A stretch of DNA of 64,000 bases from a virus (Duplodnaviria > Caudoviricetes): the IMG/VR virus record IMGVR_UViG_3300032167_003270, positions 64,001 through 128,000 of that record; one strand, given 5' to 3'. A program made the position numbers and the translations under genes. Below, piece after piece: positions 49,887 to 60,830 of the stretch; the stretch's first letter is position 1, and each line of letters begins with the position of its first letter. Under the pieces are notes generated by a model. It made no database searches and was not told the origin of the DNA. It saw only the letters and a list, made by a program, of their open reading frames with translations.

Positions 49887-50728
49887 AAATTACCTCCTAG
49901 AAAAATAAATGCTATTAAACCAATATCTACTATTAAGATAATAATATCTATAATAGTATTTACTAATCCCCCTGTTTGACAAGTAATTATAAAATTACAT
50001 CTGTACCACATTTTTCTCTTTATTGGAATAGGGAAAAATAATGGACATCCACTATCAGCAAAAAAATCTTCAATTATATGGAATAAATAGCCTAGTCCTA
50101 CACATATTCCTAATATTCTTAAATGTGTTATATCTATAACAAATATATAAATTAACACTAATACAGGAATTATGTAACTTAATGCTTTCGGTAATTTAAA
50201 CCATTTAATAAGTCTATATAAAATCATATCACTACCACATAATACTGCCATAAAAACTACTATTATTAAAAATAATAATATGGTATGCTTTTGTAGAAAT
50301 ATAGAAATTGATTCCGATTTAATACAACTTAATATCGTTTCATCTCCATTTTCTATTCCAAATATAAATAGACTTAATATAATTCCACTTGCTAATAATG
50401 TATGCCAAAAATACCTATGTGGTGTCATAGGGTGTCTATCCCCTTTTCCGTGAAAAAGTGTCCAAACAATAGAACTAATTGATTGCATAAAGATAGTGCA
50501 TATACTACCCATAAAACCTAATGTGCTACCAGCACTAGATTGACTATTATCTAGGTCAGGTAGTAATGCACCACCTACAATTACAATAAGTCCTACTATA
50601 AAAAATAATACATTCTCTTTTAATAGCCATATTGTTTCTTTGAAGAAATTTATAGGAATTAACATACAGATGCACATAAGCATAATACTTAATAATGCGT
50701 GTGTTTTACCCATAAATCCTTTAATCAT
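49883..50728 (-). CDS. YdjM-like membrane metal-dependent hydrolase (start revised)
   Basis: MGKTH, GALLPDLD, HRYFWH and HIIED..ADSG.P. Confidence 0.78.
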   Translation of the reverse strand: MIKGFMGKTHALLSIMLMCICMLIPINFFKETIWLLKENVLFFIVGLIVIVGGALLPDLDNSQSSAGSTLGFMGSICTIFMQSISSIVWTLFHGKGDRHPMTPHRYFWHTLLASGIILSLFIFGIENGDETILSCIKSESISIFLQKHTILLFLIIVVFMAVLCGSDMILYRLIKWFKLPKALSYIIPVLVLIYIFVIDITHLRILGICVGLGYLFHIIEDFFADSGCPLFFPIPIKRKMWYRCNFIITCQTGGLVNTIIDIIILIVDIGLIAFIFLGGNL

Positions 50729-50744
50729 TGTCTTAATTTCCTTT

Positions 50745-53700
50745 CTAATTATAATCTTCTCTACGAGCAGATGTTGGATTTCCCCCACGATTTGTGTTTG
50801 TGTCTTGATGTCCTTTATATGCTTTCGCATCTCCACGACCTGCTGTTGCTTTATTTTCTTCTCGTCTTGCCTTATCTAATGACGCTTTTTCATTATCAAT
50901 CTGTCTTGACTGTGCTTCAAGATGTTTTAATGCTGCTGTAATATCCTCTGATATATTTGTAGAAGATATTACTCTACCATTATCGTGTTTAGCCTCTTTT
51001 ACATAAGACTTACCTGTTGCTTTATTCTCTCTGTCTTTTTGTTTAGCGTCTTTAACAGATTGTCTTGCGTCTTTATGTGCTTCGGCTCTTTCTTTATGAG
51101 AATTACGAGTTGTTGCAACATCGTGTTTAGCATATCCTGCTTGTATTTCAGGGTTTTTCTGTGTACTTGAACCCTTTTTACGAGCAACTGCGTCAACAAT
51201 ATCTTTAGTTATTGATTCTGCTTCTGCTTTACCAGATACTAAATATCCCTCTTCTAATTGTTTAGATTGATATTGAGCAGCTGCTAATGAACTCATAGCC
51301 TCTTTATTAACAGTCTTCTTTCCACCAATCTTATCTTGAACTTTAGTATTTGCGTCAACAGATGCTTCTGCAATTTGATTATCCAATGCCTTTTTAAGTT
51401 CATCTTTATGGTCTTCTTGAGCCTTATGGTCAGCAGCCTCTTCAAATGAACTATATTGTCCTAAATCGTGATTTTCTAATGTTTCTCGATTTATTCTTTC
51501 ATTTATATCAGATACAAGACTTGCAGATTTAGAATTGATATTATTCTCTCTTTCTGCTTGTTGTTGTTCAAATGCTTCTCGTTCTTTAGCAATATCATTG
51601 ATTTTCTGTTGATTTGCTGCCATTTTCATTTTAAGAGATATAAGTTCATTTGCTGCTCGTTTCTTTGCAGCGTCAAACTCTTCTCCCTCTTGACGGTCAA
51701 CAATCTCTTTTCTTGATTCAGCAATTTTAATTTGTTCTTCTAAAGAATTATGTTCTTTATTTAATTCAAATTGTTGTGCCTCTTTACTAAATACAGAACC
51801 TTTCTGTTCTGCCTTTAATTTATCAATTTCTTGCTTTCTTGCTAATTCTTCAGCAGTAAGCATTGATTCATTAAAATTGATACCTGTTTCAGAAGAAGAA
51901 TATGTATCTCTAATCTTCTGTTGTTCTTCAAATTCAAGATTTTTCTGATATGAAAGAGAATCTTGTGCAATTTTTGCTTGAGTTTTTGCAACCAAAGCCT
52001 CTGCTGCTTTTCTTTTCGCACTACGAGAATTTGCCACATTTGAATTTCTTGCATTATTCATTTCAGAATTAATCTTAAATATACCTTGTCTTTGAGCACC
52101 CTCATTGAATACATTATTCTGTGCTTGATGTAACATTTTAGATAATCTATTACCCTTATTTGCCTCATAAATAGCGTCACCATTTTCGTTATAACCAACG
52201 ATTTTAGATTTTCTATCATAAGCATCTATTGCCCCACTAGCCTTTTGTCTAGCCCATTGTTTAACTGCTCTTGCATTACGAGAATAATCTTTACATACAG
52301 ATTGTTCTGCTCTTTCTAACATTCTCTTTAATGTAGATTGAATCATAGGGTTGAAATAGAATAATAAACCAACTAAAAATACTGCTAATAATAAATCCAT
52401 AAATTTAGGAGATATAACAGCAGAAATTATAAATAAAATCAAATCAAAGAAAATACTATATACTGTAATGTGAATTAAACTTACTACCATTAAACCTAAT
52501 ATAGTTTTACCTGTTTCAATAAGTTTTTTATTACCTGTTATTAAAAATGGACCTGCTAATGTCATACCTATTAAAGCAAAGAACATTCCTAATTTAGCAA
52601 ACATTACATTTAAAGCATATTTTAATAAACAGATTGCTAAAACTGCTAAAATTATAGTAAATAATAATAGTGATATAATACCACTACCAACATTGTTATT
52701 TGCTAGTCCTAAAATTATATTAGTAATTCTAGTCTTTTCAGTTGAATTTGCATTATTATAACATACTTGTAAATATGTTATCATTGAATCTAATTTTTGT
52801 TCTGCTACAACAGTATTTGTTTCTGGTAATGTTTTATTTCCAACTGTCTTTTCTTTGGCACTTGAATTAGCAAACCAAAAATAATAACCTAAATTATTAT
52901 CAAAGTTATCTTCAAAATTTTCTCCACATTTTAAATATGTAGATGCTAAAGTACCACCATCATCTCCAAATTTACTTACATCTAAATCAGCAATATCATC
53001 TACTGCAAATTGAGTACATAATTGTAATTCAATAAATGATTTATTGATTAAACTCATTTCTTGCATTTGTGTTACTTGATTTTGTCGTTTTTCGTCCACA
53101 ATATCAGTTACAAATATATCTGTTTCTGTTGAACTACTTAATGAACCTGCAACTGCATACATAAGTTTTTCTGTTACATCTGATAAAGAACTTCCTAATG
53201 TAGAAATTCTTCCAGATAAACACATACCAATTACTAATACACCACATAAGGATGTAACAATAATATTACTTAAACTTTCTGTTTTATTACTTGCACGAAC
53301 ATATCTAATTACATACATAACTAATGCAAAAATAAACATTATAATTGCAAATGCCATAAACGCTGAAATTCTACCCTCATCAGCATTACCAATAAAAGTT
53401 TCAGTAAAGTTATTTGCTAAATCGTCTAATCGTAAAATCTCTAAAATGGCTTTCATATCAATATTTTTGGCTTTTACAATTAAATCAATAATAAAATAAG
53501 CAACTGTAGCCAATAATTTTACAAACCAATATCCAATATTTCCAAACCATTTATTTTTACAATGAGATAACGCATATAATCTTAATGATACTATTTCTTC
53601 ACTATTTACATTTTGTAAATCACTTAATGTTACTTTTCCTTCTGTATCAAAAGCACATATATCTGTATTAGATGTATCAAATCCCCAATAATCTTTTGCA

Positions 53701-54113
53701 GATACCGTATTATTTCCATCTTTACCTGGATTTGGTGTTCCGTCACTTGATAAAGATGTTCCCTCTACTATACAACTATCATAAGTATCTATTAACTCTC
53801 CATCATCATTAGTTGTATTTGCCTCTGGTAATCCAGCATTAAATGTTACTAAATTTCTTGTTTTACCATATAATACATCTAATCCAATAGATGTTATTTC
53901 TGGTTGTGAAGAATCGGTTGACGGTACATCAAATGGATATGTACTATCAACGTCAGCATCTAATTCATCATTAATATTATTCCAATTCCACTTAATATTA
54001 CTAAAACCTTTTTTAGCATATACAATATTAAAACATAATAATGTGCTTATTATTAGTAATACAGATAAAATAATCACAGGACTATATGATTTTAATTTGT
54101 TTTTAAAATTCAT
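50745..54113 (-). CDS. Large polytopic conjugation membrane protein (VirB6/TcpH-like) with a coiled-coil tail
   Basis: Signal peptide, two clusters of TM helices and a long charged C-terminus, in the tra operon. Confidence 0.6.
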   Translation of the reverse strand: MNFKNKLKSYSPVIILSVLLIISTLLCFNIVYAKKGFSNIKWNWNNINDELDADVDSTYPFDVPSTDSSQPEITSIGLDVLYGKTRNLVTFNAGLPEANTTNDDGELIDTYDSCIVEGTSLSSDGTPNPGKDGNNTVSAKDYWGFDTSNTDICAFDTEGKVTLSDLQNVNSEEIVSLRLYALSHCKNKWFGNIGYWFVKLLATVAYFIIDLIVKAKNIDMKAILEILRLDDLANNFTETFIGNADEGRISAFMAFAIIMFIFALVMYVIRYVRASNKTESLSNIIVTSLCGVLVIGMCLSGRISTLGSSLSDVTEKLMYAVAGSLSSSTETDIFVTDIVDEKRQNQVTQMQEMSLINKSFIELQLCTQFAVDDIADLDVSKFGDDGGTLASTYLKCGENFEDNFDNNLGYYFWFANSSAKEKTVGNKTLPETNTVVAEQKLDSMITYLQVCYNNANSTEKTRITNIILGLANNNVGSGIISLLLFTIILAVLAICLLKYALNVMFAKLGMFFALIGMTLAGPFLITGNKKLIETGKTILGLMVVSLIHITVYSIFFDLILFIISAVISPKFMDLLLAVFLVGLLFYFNPMIQSTLKRMLERAEQSVCKDYSRNARAVKQWARQKASGAIDAYDRKSKIVGYNENGDAIYEANKGNRLSKMLHQAQNNVFNEGAQRQGIFKINSEMNNARNSNVANSRSAKRKAAEALVAKTQAKIAQDSLSYQKNLEFEEQQKIRDTYSSSETGINFNESMLTAEELARKQEIDKLKAEQKGSVFSKEAQQFELNKEHNSLEEQIKIAESRKEIVDRQEGEEFDAAKKRAANELISLKMKMAANQQKINDIAKEREAFEQQQAERENNINSKSASLVSDINERINRETLENHDLGQYSSFEEAADHKAQEDHKDELKKALDNQIAEASVDANTKVQDKIGGKKTVNKEAMSSLAAAQYQSKQLEEGYLVSGKAEAESITKDIVDAVARKKGSSTQKNPEIQAGYAKHDVATTRNSHKERAEAHKDARQSVKDAKQKDRENKATGKSYVKEAKHDNGRVISSTNISEDITAALKHLEAQSRQIDNEKASLDKARREENKATAGRGDAKAYKGHQDTNTNRGGNPTSARREDYN

Positions 54114-54137
54114 TTTATTTTTACCCCCTTTCTTATT

Positions 54138-54632
54138 TTATCCTGCATTTTCTCCACTTTGTATATATTCATAATATTCCCTTGAAACACATCTCATAAA
54201 TCCGTGTGTTTTATAAGGGTCAAATAATACTACTAATTCTTCTGTTGTTTCGTCTTTATAATTGGCTACTATATATAAAACTTCGTCATTGGAGTCAATT
54301 ATATCTACAGATTTAATTGGTTTTGTTGCATAATTATCTACTAAAGTCATATATCTATCTCTATTTGCATATTGCTCACTAGATAATTTTTCTAAATCAT
54401 TATAAGAAACTTGTGCAACTATTAAAGTTTCTGTTTCTTCTGTTGTTTCTTCTTCCGATGCGTTCCAATTAGGGTCAGTTGTATTTACTGCCCATTGTTG
54501 GTCATCTGAAAAATCGTCATCCACTATTGTATTATCTTTATTAGTCTTATTTATAACAATTACAACCATTGTAATTAAAAAGGCTAATAGTAATACTACA
54601 AGTGCAATTATTATTTTAACTTTTCTACTCAT
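54138..54632 (-). CDS. Single-pass membrane protein
   Basis: N-terminal TM. Confidence 0.6.
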   Translation of the reverse strand: MSRKVKIIIALVVLLLAFLITMVVIVINKTNKDNTIVDDDFSDDQQWAVNTTDPNWNASEEETTEETETLIVAQVSYNDLEKLSSEQYANRDRYMTLVDNYATKPIKSVDIIDSNDEVLYIVANYKDETTEELVVLFDPYKTHGFMRCVSREYYEYIQSGENAG

Positions 54633-54647
54633 AATTTACTTACCACC

Positions 54648-55910
54648 TTATTCTACTGGATTGACTGTCACATAAAGTTGAAGTCCTTCCCCACTTGTTA
54701 AATTATCGCCTTTCCACATTGACAATACAAAATTAGAACTTGTATGTGGACCTTCAAATCCACCAGCCATTCCTAAACCAGGGTCAATTACAAAAAATAT
54801 ATCTTCTGCATATCCTGTAATTACGATTGCGTGAGCACTTTCTGTACCATCACTTTTTGTATAACTTTTATAAGCAACAATTCCATAAGGGTTATTATCT
54901 AATATGGTTTTTAATTCAGACGCATTTGACCAACCACTTGTTACAGATTCAGTTTTTACTGTATGACCGTCTACTGTATAAATACCATCCCAAACAGCAC
55001 TCCAAGTAGTTTTTGCACCACGATTCTCTAATGACAAATCCCATACCCATTTCTCATTATTTGAATTATCTTCTGCAAAATTTTCGTCTATTACTTCTCC
55101 ACTATAATCTAATGTATCATCTCGTAAATAACCCCAATTAGGCATATCATAATTTACTTTACCATTATTAAGTGCAAAATCTTCCGAACCATATTTTGCA
55201 CCCCAAGAAGATTGGTCTGAACCCGTACTACTTGTGACGTTTCCGTTTGTAACACCTCGTACAGAAACACCTGTATAAGTTTGGTATTGTGTATTTGCTA
55301 ACATTTCAGCGTCATATTGTCCTGTTTCATCCCACATATAATCATATAAATTTATGTTTTGTCCAGCATAATATCTTATTAAAAGATTTAACATAGATGT
55401 ACAAGTACAAGGATATGAACCATCTTGAACAACATAATGTCCATTTAAATTCTCTAACTCAAATCCAGATTTACCATTAGAACAATATTGTTTATATAAC
55501 TCACTTTTCTTCATAGCACTATCTGCGTCAATTTCACAATAATAGTGTGGAGTTTTTCCGATTGTTTGACCAATACTAATACCAATTATAGTAATATTAT
55601 AAGCTAAAATTACAACAGCACTTACAATAGCAATTACTTTAATATTACTAACAACAAATGTTATTGCTTTTTGTACAGTTGCAATTACTTGTTGTGCTTT
55701 TTTATATGCTTCATAACCTTTTATTTTACTTGCAATACCATTTTTAAGAAATTCCTTTTTATCTTTTGCTTTAGCAAATTGTATAAGTTTAGAATTATTA
55801 GAAATTTCTTTTCCTTTTTCTTTTACTTTACCTACCGTATTATCTCTGACGTTTTGCTTAATACGAGAGGTCGCATTTGAGGCAAATTCTTGCCATTTCT
55901 TTTGACCCAT
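54648..55910 (-). CDS. Membrane-anchored papain-fold (C39-like) peptidase
   Basis: Q...CTCTSM, HAIVITG and IDPG give a Cys-His-Asp arrangement. Confidence 0.6.
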   Translation of the reverse strand: MGQKKWQEFASNATSRIKQNVRDNTVGKVKEKGKEISNNSKLIQFAKAKDKKEFLKNGIASKIKGYEAYKKAQQVIATVQKAITFVVSNIKVIAIVSAVVILAYNITIIGISIGQTIGKTPHYYCEIDADSAMKKSELYKQYCSNGKSGFELENLNGHYVVQDGSYPCTCTSMLNLLIRYYAGQNINLYDYMWDETGQYDAEMLANTQYQTYTGVSVRGVTNGNVTSSTGSDQSSWGAKYGSEDFALNNGKVNYDMPNWGYLRDDTLDYSGEVIDENFAEDNSNNEKWVWDLSLENRGAKTTWSAVWDGIYTVDGHTVKTESVTSGWSNASELKTILDNNPYGIVAYKSYTKSDGTESAHAIVITGYAEDIFFVIDPGLGMAGGFEGPHTSSNFVLSMWKGDNLTSGEGLQLYVTVNPVE

Positions 55911-55912
55911 AA

Positions 55913-56209
55913 TTACATATCCCTAATTACAGATAAAATTTCTTCCTTTTCCTTTTTAGATAAACCATCTGATAAAGATGCTATATAATTCTTAATAGTT
56001 TTTTCAGATGCTTTCATAGAAAAAGAAATTTCTTTATTATCAACATCGCCAGATATGTCAATAAAATTTACACCTTTTTCGTGTCTAACTGCTATTGCTG
56101 CATTATCAAGAATATGACAACATCTTTTTTTACCTACATTGGCTTCAGATGCTCTACATAAACTACATCCACCATCTTTTCTCGCTCTTATAACGCCTGC
56201 TTTTGCCAT
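55913..56209 (-). CDS. Small Cys/His protein
   Basis: C.A...G..RCCH; AGGAG RBS. Confidence 0.55.
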   Translation of the reverse strand: MAKAGVIRARKDGGCSLCRASEANVGKKRCCHILDNAAIAVRHEKGVNFIDISGDVDNKEISFSMKASEKTIKNYIASLSDGLSKKEKEEILSVIRDM

Positions 56210-56229
56210 CGTTAATCTCTCCTTTCTAT

Positions 56230-57564
56230 TTATAACATTTTCTTAATTACCCAACTTGTACCACTCTTTTCTACTAATAAATATGTAGAAACTGAATAAT
56301 AAAATCCTTGTGGTGTCTTAATTGTATATGTTACCGTTGCATTATATCCTAATGCGTTTGTTTCTGTGTGTAATTCAAATGTGTCTAAACTAATATATGT
56401 TGCATCATATGTATTAAATTGTCTTACATTTAAGAAATCTTGTGATGTATCTCTCTTATTATATAAATCACTTAATGTCTTATCTACTTTGATTTTTGCT
56501 GCATTCTTCTCTGATTCTTCTACTAATGTATCTTCATTAAATAAAAATGCACTATGAACTTCTATTTCTTCAAATTCACTTTGATGTGGGTCAATTAATG
56601 AATATATTGACATATCTGATGCAGGTCTGTAATAAGATACTCCCTTTTCTTTATCATTTACTAATTCTATTGGTAAACAAAATTCATATCTTGTTACTGT
56701 GGTCTTTCCTCTTTGCATAATTTGACCACCTGATGTGATATAATACTCATTTATATCTTGACCTTTTCCACTTGACATACTAATCTCATTTGCTGACATT
56801 GATACATCTTCATTTACTACCTCTGTTGTTTCAGTAGTTACTTCTTCTGTTACTACTTCTTCACTTGTTTCTGCATTTAACATATCTTCTGCTGATACTT
56901 CTTCATTAGATACATCTTCTTCACTTGTAGGCTCTGCTGATTGTATATCATTTCCGTCTGCTCCGTCTGTTGGTGTTGCAGGTGGTGTTGTAGGCTGTGT
57001 TGGTTGTGTTGCAGTAGTTGTTGTAGGCTCTACTCCAAAACCATTTCTCTGTAATTGCTTAATTACCTCTGGGTCAGTTACAACTGTATCAAATGATTTA
57101 ACTTCAACATCCATAGAAAAATATACCATAGCAAATGTACTTGTTTTCTTAATCAACTTATCAATATAAATTGAATTTTTATCTACCTTTGCATATTCAT
57201 AACTAGGGTCTAATCTAATATATTTATCAAATAATGTTTGACTATTATCTACAATATATTCATTTACACCCTCAATAGGAAAATATAATGTACTTGTCTT
57301 TTGTGTGATTTGTGTGTTTACATCATCTGCTGTTAAACCTTTTTTGAAAAATGTATTATATGTTCCAAATATAATTAAGGCTACTAATATAATCGCACTT
57401 ACACTAAATATGATTATTTTATTTGATGTCTGCTTTCTATGTAATGCTTGTATCTTGGCTTGTCTTTCCATTATCTTTTCTTGGATAGATGCCTCTAATT
57501 CTCTTTGTCTTTTAGCCTCTTCTGCTTTTTGTTGTTCTGGTGTTTTTCCTAAATTTAATTTCAT
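56230..57564 (-). CDS. TcpC/VirB8-like conjugation protein
   Basis: Coiled coil, one TM, and two NTF2-like-looking halves ending YLLVEKSGTSWVIKKM. Confidence 0.55.
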   Translation of the reverse strand: MKLNLGKTPEQQKAEEAKRQRELEASIQEKIMERQAKIQALHRKQTSNKIIIFSVSAIILVALIIFGTYNTFFKKGLTADDVNTQITQKTSTLYFPIEGVNEYIVDNSQTLFDKYIRLDPSYEYAKVDKNSIYIDKLIKKTSTFAMVYFSMDVEVKSFDTVVTDPEVIKQLQRNGFGVEPTTTTATQPTQPTTPPATPTDGADGNDIQSAEPTSEEDVSNEEVSAEDMLNAETSEEVVTEEVTTETTEVVNEDVSMSANEISMSSGKGQDINEYYITSGGQIMQRGKTTVTRYEFCLPIELVNDKEKGVSYYRPASDMSIYSLIDPHQSEFEEIEVHSAFLFNEDTLVEESEKNAAKIKVDKTLSDLYNKRDTSQDFLNVRQFNTYDATYISLDTFELHTETNALGYNATVTYTIKTPQGFYYSVSTYLLVEKSGTSWVIKKML

Positions 57565-57577
57565 TTTAAATTGCCTC

Positions 57578-58405
57578 CTATTCTATGTATTCCATTGGGT
57601 CTACACATTCCCCATTTATTCTATATTCATAATGTAAATGTGGTCCAGTTGTTCTTCCTGTATCGCCAGTAGTTCCTATTATTGTTCCTACACTTACATA
57701 ATTTCCTATCTCTACATATATTTCGTCACAATGAGAATATAATGTACTTGTTCCGTCTTTATGTTGTATCTCAATATAATTTCCATAACCATCATTATAT
57801 GTACATTGTATTACTATTCCTGTCTTTGTAGCATAAATACTCTCCCCAATATTTGCTTGTAAATCTACACCACTATGAAATGTAATATTATCTCCAAATG
57901 GGTTATTTCTATATCCAAATGGGGATGTTACATTTATTTCATTTAAAGGTGTTACCATTATATTAGGTTTATATATCTTTGAATTTGAATTTACTATTTC
58001 TGTATATTCCTTTTCTATATTTTTATATGTGGCATCTCCTACTGTTGATATTCTTATTTTATTTGTTGTAGGGTGTACTAAATAAAATTGGTTATCCGTA
58101 ATTATGAATATAGGCTCATTTATTTTTAATAATGCTTGATTTGGAATTATATTTACTCCCTCATTATGATATGGCTCTATTCTTTCATAATGACTATCTG
58201 CATAATTAATAAATTCTTCTATGCTTTTATAATCCGTTTCTAATTTGAATAGTTTTGTTACAGCATTTAGAAATTCTAAATTATTATCAATTTCTGTTTC
58301 TATTCCTAATTCGTCTATTGTTTCTTCTATTCCTTTGGCTTGGATTGTTTCTACATTACTTATTACTAATAATAGAATAAACAATATTATTATTGTCTTT
58401 CTCAT
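57578..58405 (-). CDS. Secreted M23 metallopeptidase (cell-wall hydrolase)
   Basis: TSPFGYR, HSGVD, GYGN, YSH and TGPHLHYE. Confidence 0.9.
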   Translation of the reverse strand: MRKTIIILFILLLVISNVETIQAKGIEETIDELGIETEIDNNLEFLNAVTKLFKLETDYKSIEEFINYADSHYERIEPYHNEGVNIIPNQALLKINEPIFIITDNQFYLVHPTTNKIRISTVGDATYKNIEKEYTEIVNSNSKIYKPNIMVTPLNEINVTSPFGYRNNPFGDNITFHSGVDLQANIGESIYATKTGIVIQCTYNDGYGNYIEIQHKDGTSTLYSHCDEIYVEIGNYVSVGTIIGTTGDTGRTTGPHLHYEYRINGECVDPMEYIE

Positions 58406-58437
58406 TTCTTAAATTCCTTCCTTTTTGTTATACCTAT

Positions 58438-58450
58438 ATAAATTAAATAG
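58438..58450 (-). promoter_or_regulatory. CTATTTAATT motif variant heading the tra operon
   Basis: The core is conserved, about 30 nt upstream of the M23 gene. Confidence 0.55.
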
Positions 58451-58509
58451 CACTTTATTTTTATATATTTATTAATTGAAAATTTTTTAATTTATTTTGA
58501 AATTTATAG

Positions 58510-58538
58510 TTGACAAGTAGAACATTATGTGCTAATAT
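58510..58538 (+). promoter_or_regulatory. SigA-type promoter
   Basis: TTGACA-17-TAATAT with a TG extension. Confidence 0.5.
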
Positions 58539-58628
58539 ATAAACACGATAAACAATTAAAAAACGCTTGAAACCCTTGAAAATAGGGCATTTCCGAGAAA
58601 ATAATTTACGGAAAATAGTGAAAAATTG

Positions 58629-58657
58629 TTTACAAATTCGATAGTTTTTGTTATAAT
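58629..58657 (+). promoter_or_regulatory. SigA-type promoter
   Basis: TTTACA-17-TATAAT with a TG extension. Confidence 0.6.
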
Positions 58658-59008
58658 ATATGTATAGTAAATGATTTAAATACAGTTCAAAGTTGCCCAC
58701 TTTGGACAAGTCTTAAAAGGAAAGGAAATTATAAAAATGACCCTACATTGAATCTAACGTGAATATTTAAAATGAATATTCTCAAATCTAATAGGAATAT
58801 ATCACATAGTTTTTCAATAACTAATATTCCTATATCTGTTAATCAGTTTATCTATAGTTTTTTAAAAACAAAAAACACATCATCGACTAATAAGTAATCG
58901 ACTAATCTTAAACAAAAAATTTCAAGGGAAAAATTAAACAAAACCAAAAATGGGGAAAGTATAGGCTAGTTTCCAAACATTTAGGATGCTTATTTTTAAA
59001 ACCTTTAG

Positions 59009-59117
59009 GTTTACATAATATCTTTTATGTAAACTTTATTTTTTATGTAAACTGATTTTATTAAAACCAAGTTATGTAAACTAATTTTCGTTATGTCAAC
59101 CATTTTGGTTTACATAA
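59009..59117. repeat. Cluster of six TTATGTAAAC repeats (direct and inverted)
   Basis: 59009(-), 59025, 59043, 59072, 59091 (1 mismatch) and 59108(-). Confidence 0.8.
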
Positions 59118-59128
59118 TTAAATAAAAA

Positions 59129-59148
59129 AGCCACCTAAAAAGGTGGCT
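59129..59148 (-). terminator. Intrinsic terminator
   Basis: AGCCACCT/AGGTGGCT stem with a T6 tract on the minus strand. Confidence 0.75.
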
Positions 59149-59179
59149 CACTCTCCAAGAGAGTATATATAGGGCAATA

Positions 59180-60064
59180 CTAATATGCGATAAAACCTTC
59201 ACTTGTGGCTCTACAAGAAGGACAACACATTCTAGTTACATTCTCTTCTCTCCACTCGGGAGTTGTAACTACAAAGTAGTTTTCAACGATAGAAAAACTA
59301 ATAATACCATTATCAGTCATATACTTATCTATCCAAGTTCCGTCACCATAAGGCATATCCTCGCCATTACTAAAACATACATAAGTTGCGTAATAACCCT
59401 CTGCTCTATGAAGAATGTAACCATTCATAGATACAAGTGGAGTACCACACATACACTTTGCTACATTAGGGTCTGCTGTACCACAAACTGTACACTTACC
59501 ATTTGAATAAGTGTGGCTAGTAGTATTTGTGTAGTCGCTTACATAAGTATCTCCACAGCTACAAGTATAAGTTGTATAACCATTATTTACGCAGGTTGCG
59601 TTTGTTACAGTTGTCTTATAATTGTGTGTATGACTAGGAGTGCTAGGTGTTTCAGTTGTACTAGGAGTGCTAGGTGTTTCACTAGGCTTATTCTCACTTG
59701 GAGTTGTGTTTGGAGTTTCAGTTGTAGTGTTGCTAGGCTTATTCTCGCTAGGAGTTTCTACGCTAGGCTCTTCAACTGTTTCTGTTGTTTCTTCAACTGT
59801 TTCAGTAGTTTCAGTAGTTTCAGTTGTATCTTCTACGATTTCAATAGTATCTTCTACGATTTCAGTAGTGTCGATAGTAGCACCAACTTCTGCAATAATC
59901 TCGCCCTCTGCTTCTGCAACTGTTGAGTTCTTCTTGATACCACAACCAACTACTACCATTGCGAAAATTACCATTGCACACATAATTGTTGTAATTGCTA
60001 CTCTCTTCTTATTCTTATTTGTTGTGTTTGTTGTGTTAATCTTCATAATAATCATTCCTTTCAT
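59180..60064 (-). CDS. Lipoprotein with T/E/P-rich linker and His/Cys repeats
   Basis: VVGC lipobox; TPSENKPS repeats; HTH.Y...ATC...GY..Y.CSCG. Confidence 0.7.
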   Translation of the reverse strand: MKGMIIMKINTTNTTNKNKKRVAITTIMCAMVIFAMVVVGCGIKKNSTVAEAEGEIIAEVGATIDTTEIVEDTIEIVEDTTETTETTETVEETTETVEEPSVETPSENKPSNTTTETPNTTPSENKPSETPSTPSTTETPSTPSHTHNYKTTVTNATCVNNGYTTYTCSCGDTYVSDYTNTTSHTYSNGKCTVCGTADPNVAKCMCGTPLVSMNGYILHRAEGYYATYVCFSNGEDMPYGDGTWIDKYMTDNGIISFSIVENYFVVTTPEWREENVTRMCCPSCRATSEGFIAY

Positions 60065-60094
60065 TTTAATATTGCCCTTGTTTACTATATACTA

Positions 60095-60223
60095 ATAATA
60101 ACATACTTTTTTGAATTTGTAAACAATTTTTTTATTATTTTCTAATTTTTTTTATTTTTTATAATCAACCTTGCCCTTGTTTGATTATATATACATTATA
60201 GCATAAGTTTTTTCATTTGTAAA
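60095..60223 (-). promoter_or_regulatory. Tandem duplicated SigA-type promoters, 100 bp apart
   Basis: TTTACA-17-TATTAT (60095-60123) and TTTACA-17-TATAAT (60195-60223); both have the TG extension and are followed by AAACAAGGGCAA. Confidence 0.7.
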
Positions 60224-60298
60224 CAATTTTTTATAAAAATTATAAATTTTTTTTAATTTTTTAGATAATATATTTTATACCAATAATGCCAATATTAT

Positions 60299-60640
60299 TT
60301 ATATTTTTTCTATCAATGAAATAGGTTTACCACAATACGGACAGAATTTATATTGCTTAACAAAACTCTCTTCAAATTCGTGATAGCAAGATGTTTCATA
60401 CATTCTATCATCATCTATTGTTCTATGATATTTCCATTCACAGAAATCTTTATTATATTCTGCAAGTTGATTAGCAATATTTATAATATTATCAATTTCA
60501 ACTTTATAACAAAGTTCTCCTTCAAAACAATCATTTTTATATTTACATTTATTACATATAATATTATCACAAGGATAATTTTCTTTTTCTCTTTCTAACC
60601 ATTTAGTTAATTTTTCTACAAATTGTTTTTCTCTACTCAT
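60299..60640 (-). CDS. Phage-type Zn-ribbon protein
   Basis: CEW...YETSC...FCPYCGK. Confidence 0.6.
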   Translation of the reverse strand: MSREKQFVEKLTKWLEREKENYPCDNIICNKCKYKNDCFEGELCYKVEIDNIINIANQLAEYNKDFCEWKYHRTIDDDRMYETSCYHEFEESFVKQYKFCPYCGKPISLIEKI

Positions 60641-60644
60641 ATTA

Positions 60645-60830
60645 CTAACCTTTCAATTCTTTTGCAATTTCGTCAACAAAACTTTCAAATGCGATACAAC
60701 TATTTGTATAACTCAAATGGTCATTATCTTGAAAGCATAAATCAATATCATAACATTGATATTTCAATTTTAACTGTTTTGCAAAATCACTAATTGCTTT
60801 ATTACGAATTTCTTGTTCATTATTATACAT
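60645..60830 (-). CDS. Small phage-type protein (start revised)
   Basis: RNKAI.DFA..LK...VDEIAKELKG; GGGGG RBS; TTGACA-17-TATAAT at 60884-60912. Confidence 0.55.
   Translation of the reverse strand: MYNNEQEIRNKAISDFAKQLKLKYQCYDIDLCFQDNDHLSYTNSCIAFESFVDEIAKELKG

Noticed and set aside
58461-58709. 82-aa minus-strand ORF
   Set aside because: It overlaps promoter-like AT-rich DNA, has no RBS, and has an implausible composition.
59009-59117. Possible CRISPR array
   Set aside because: The repeat is only 10 bp, in mixed orientation with irregular short spacers, and no cas genes are present.
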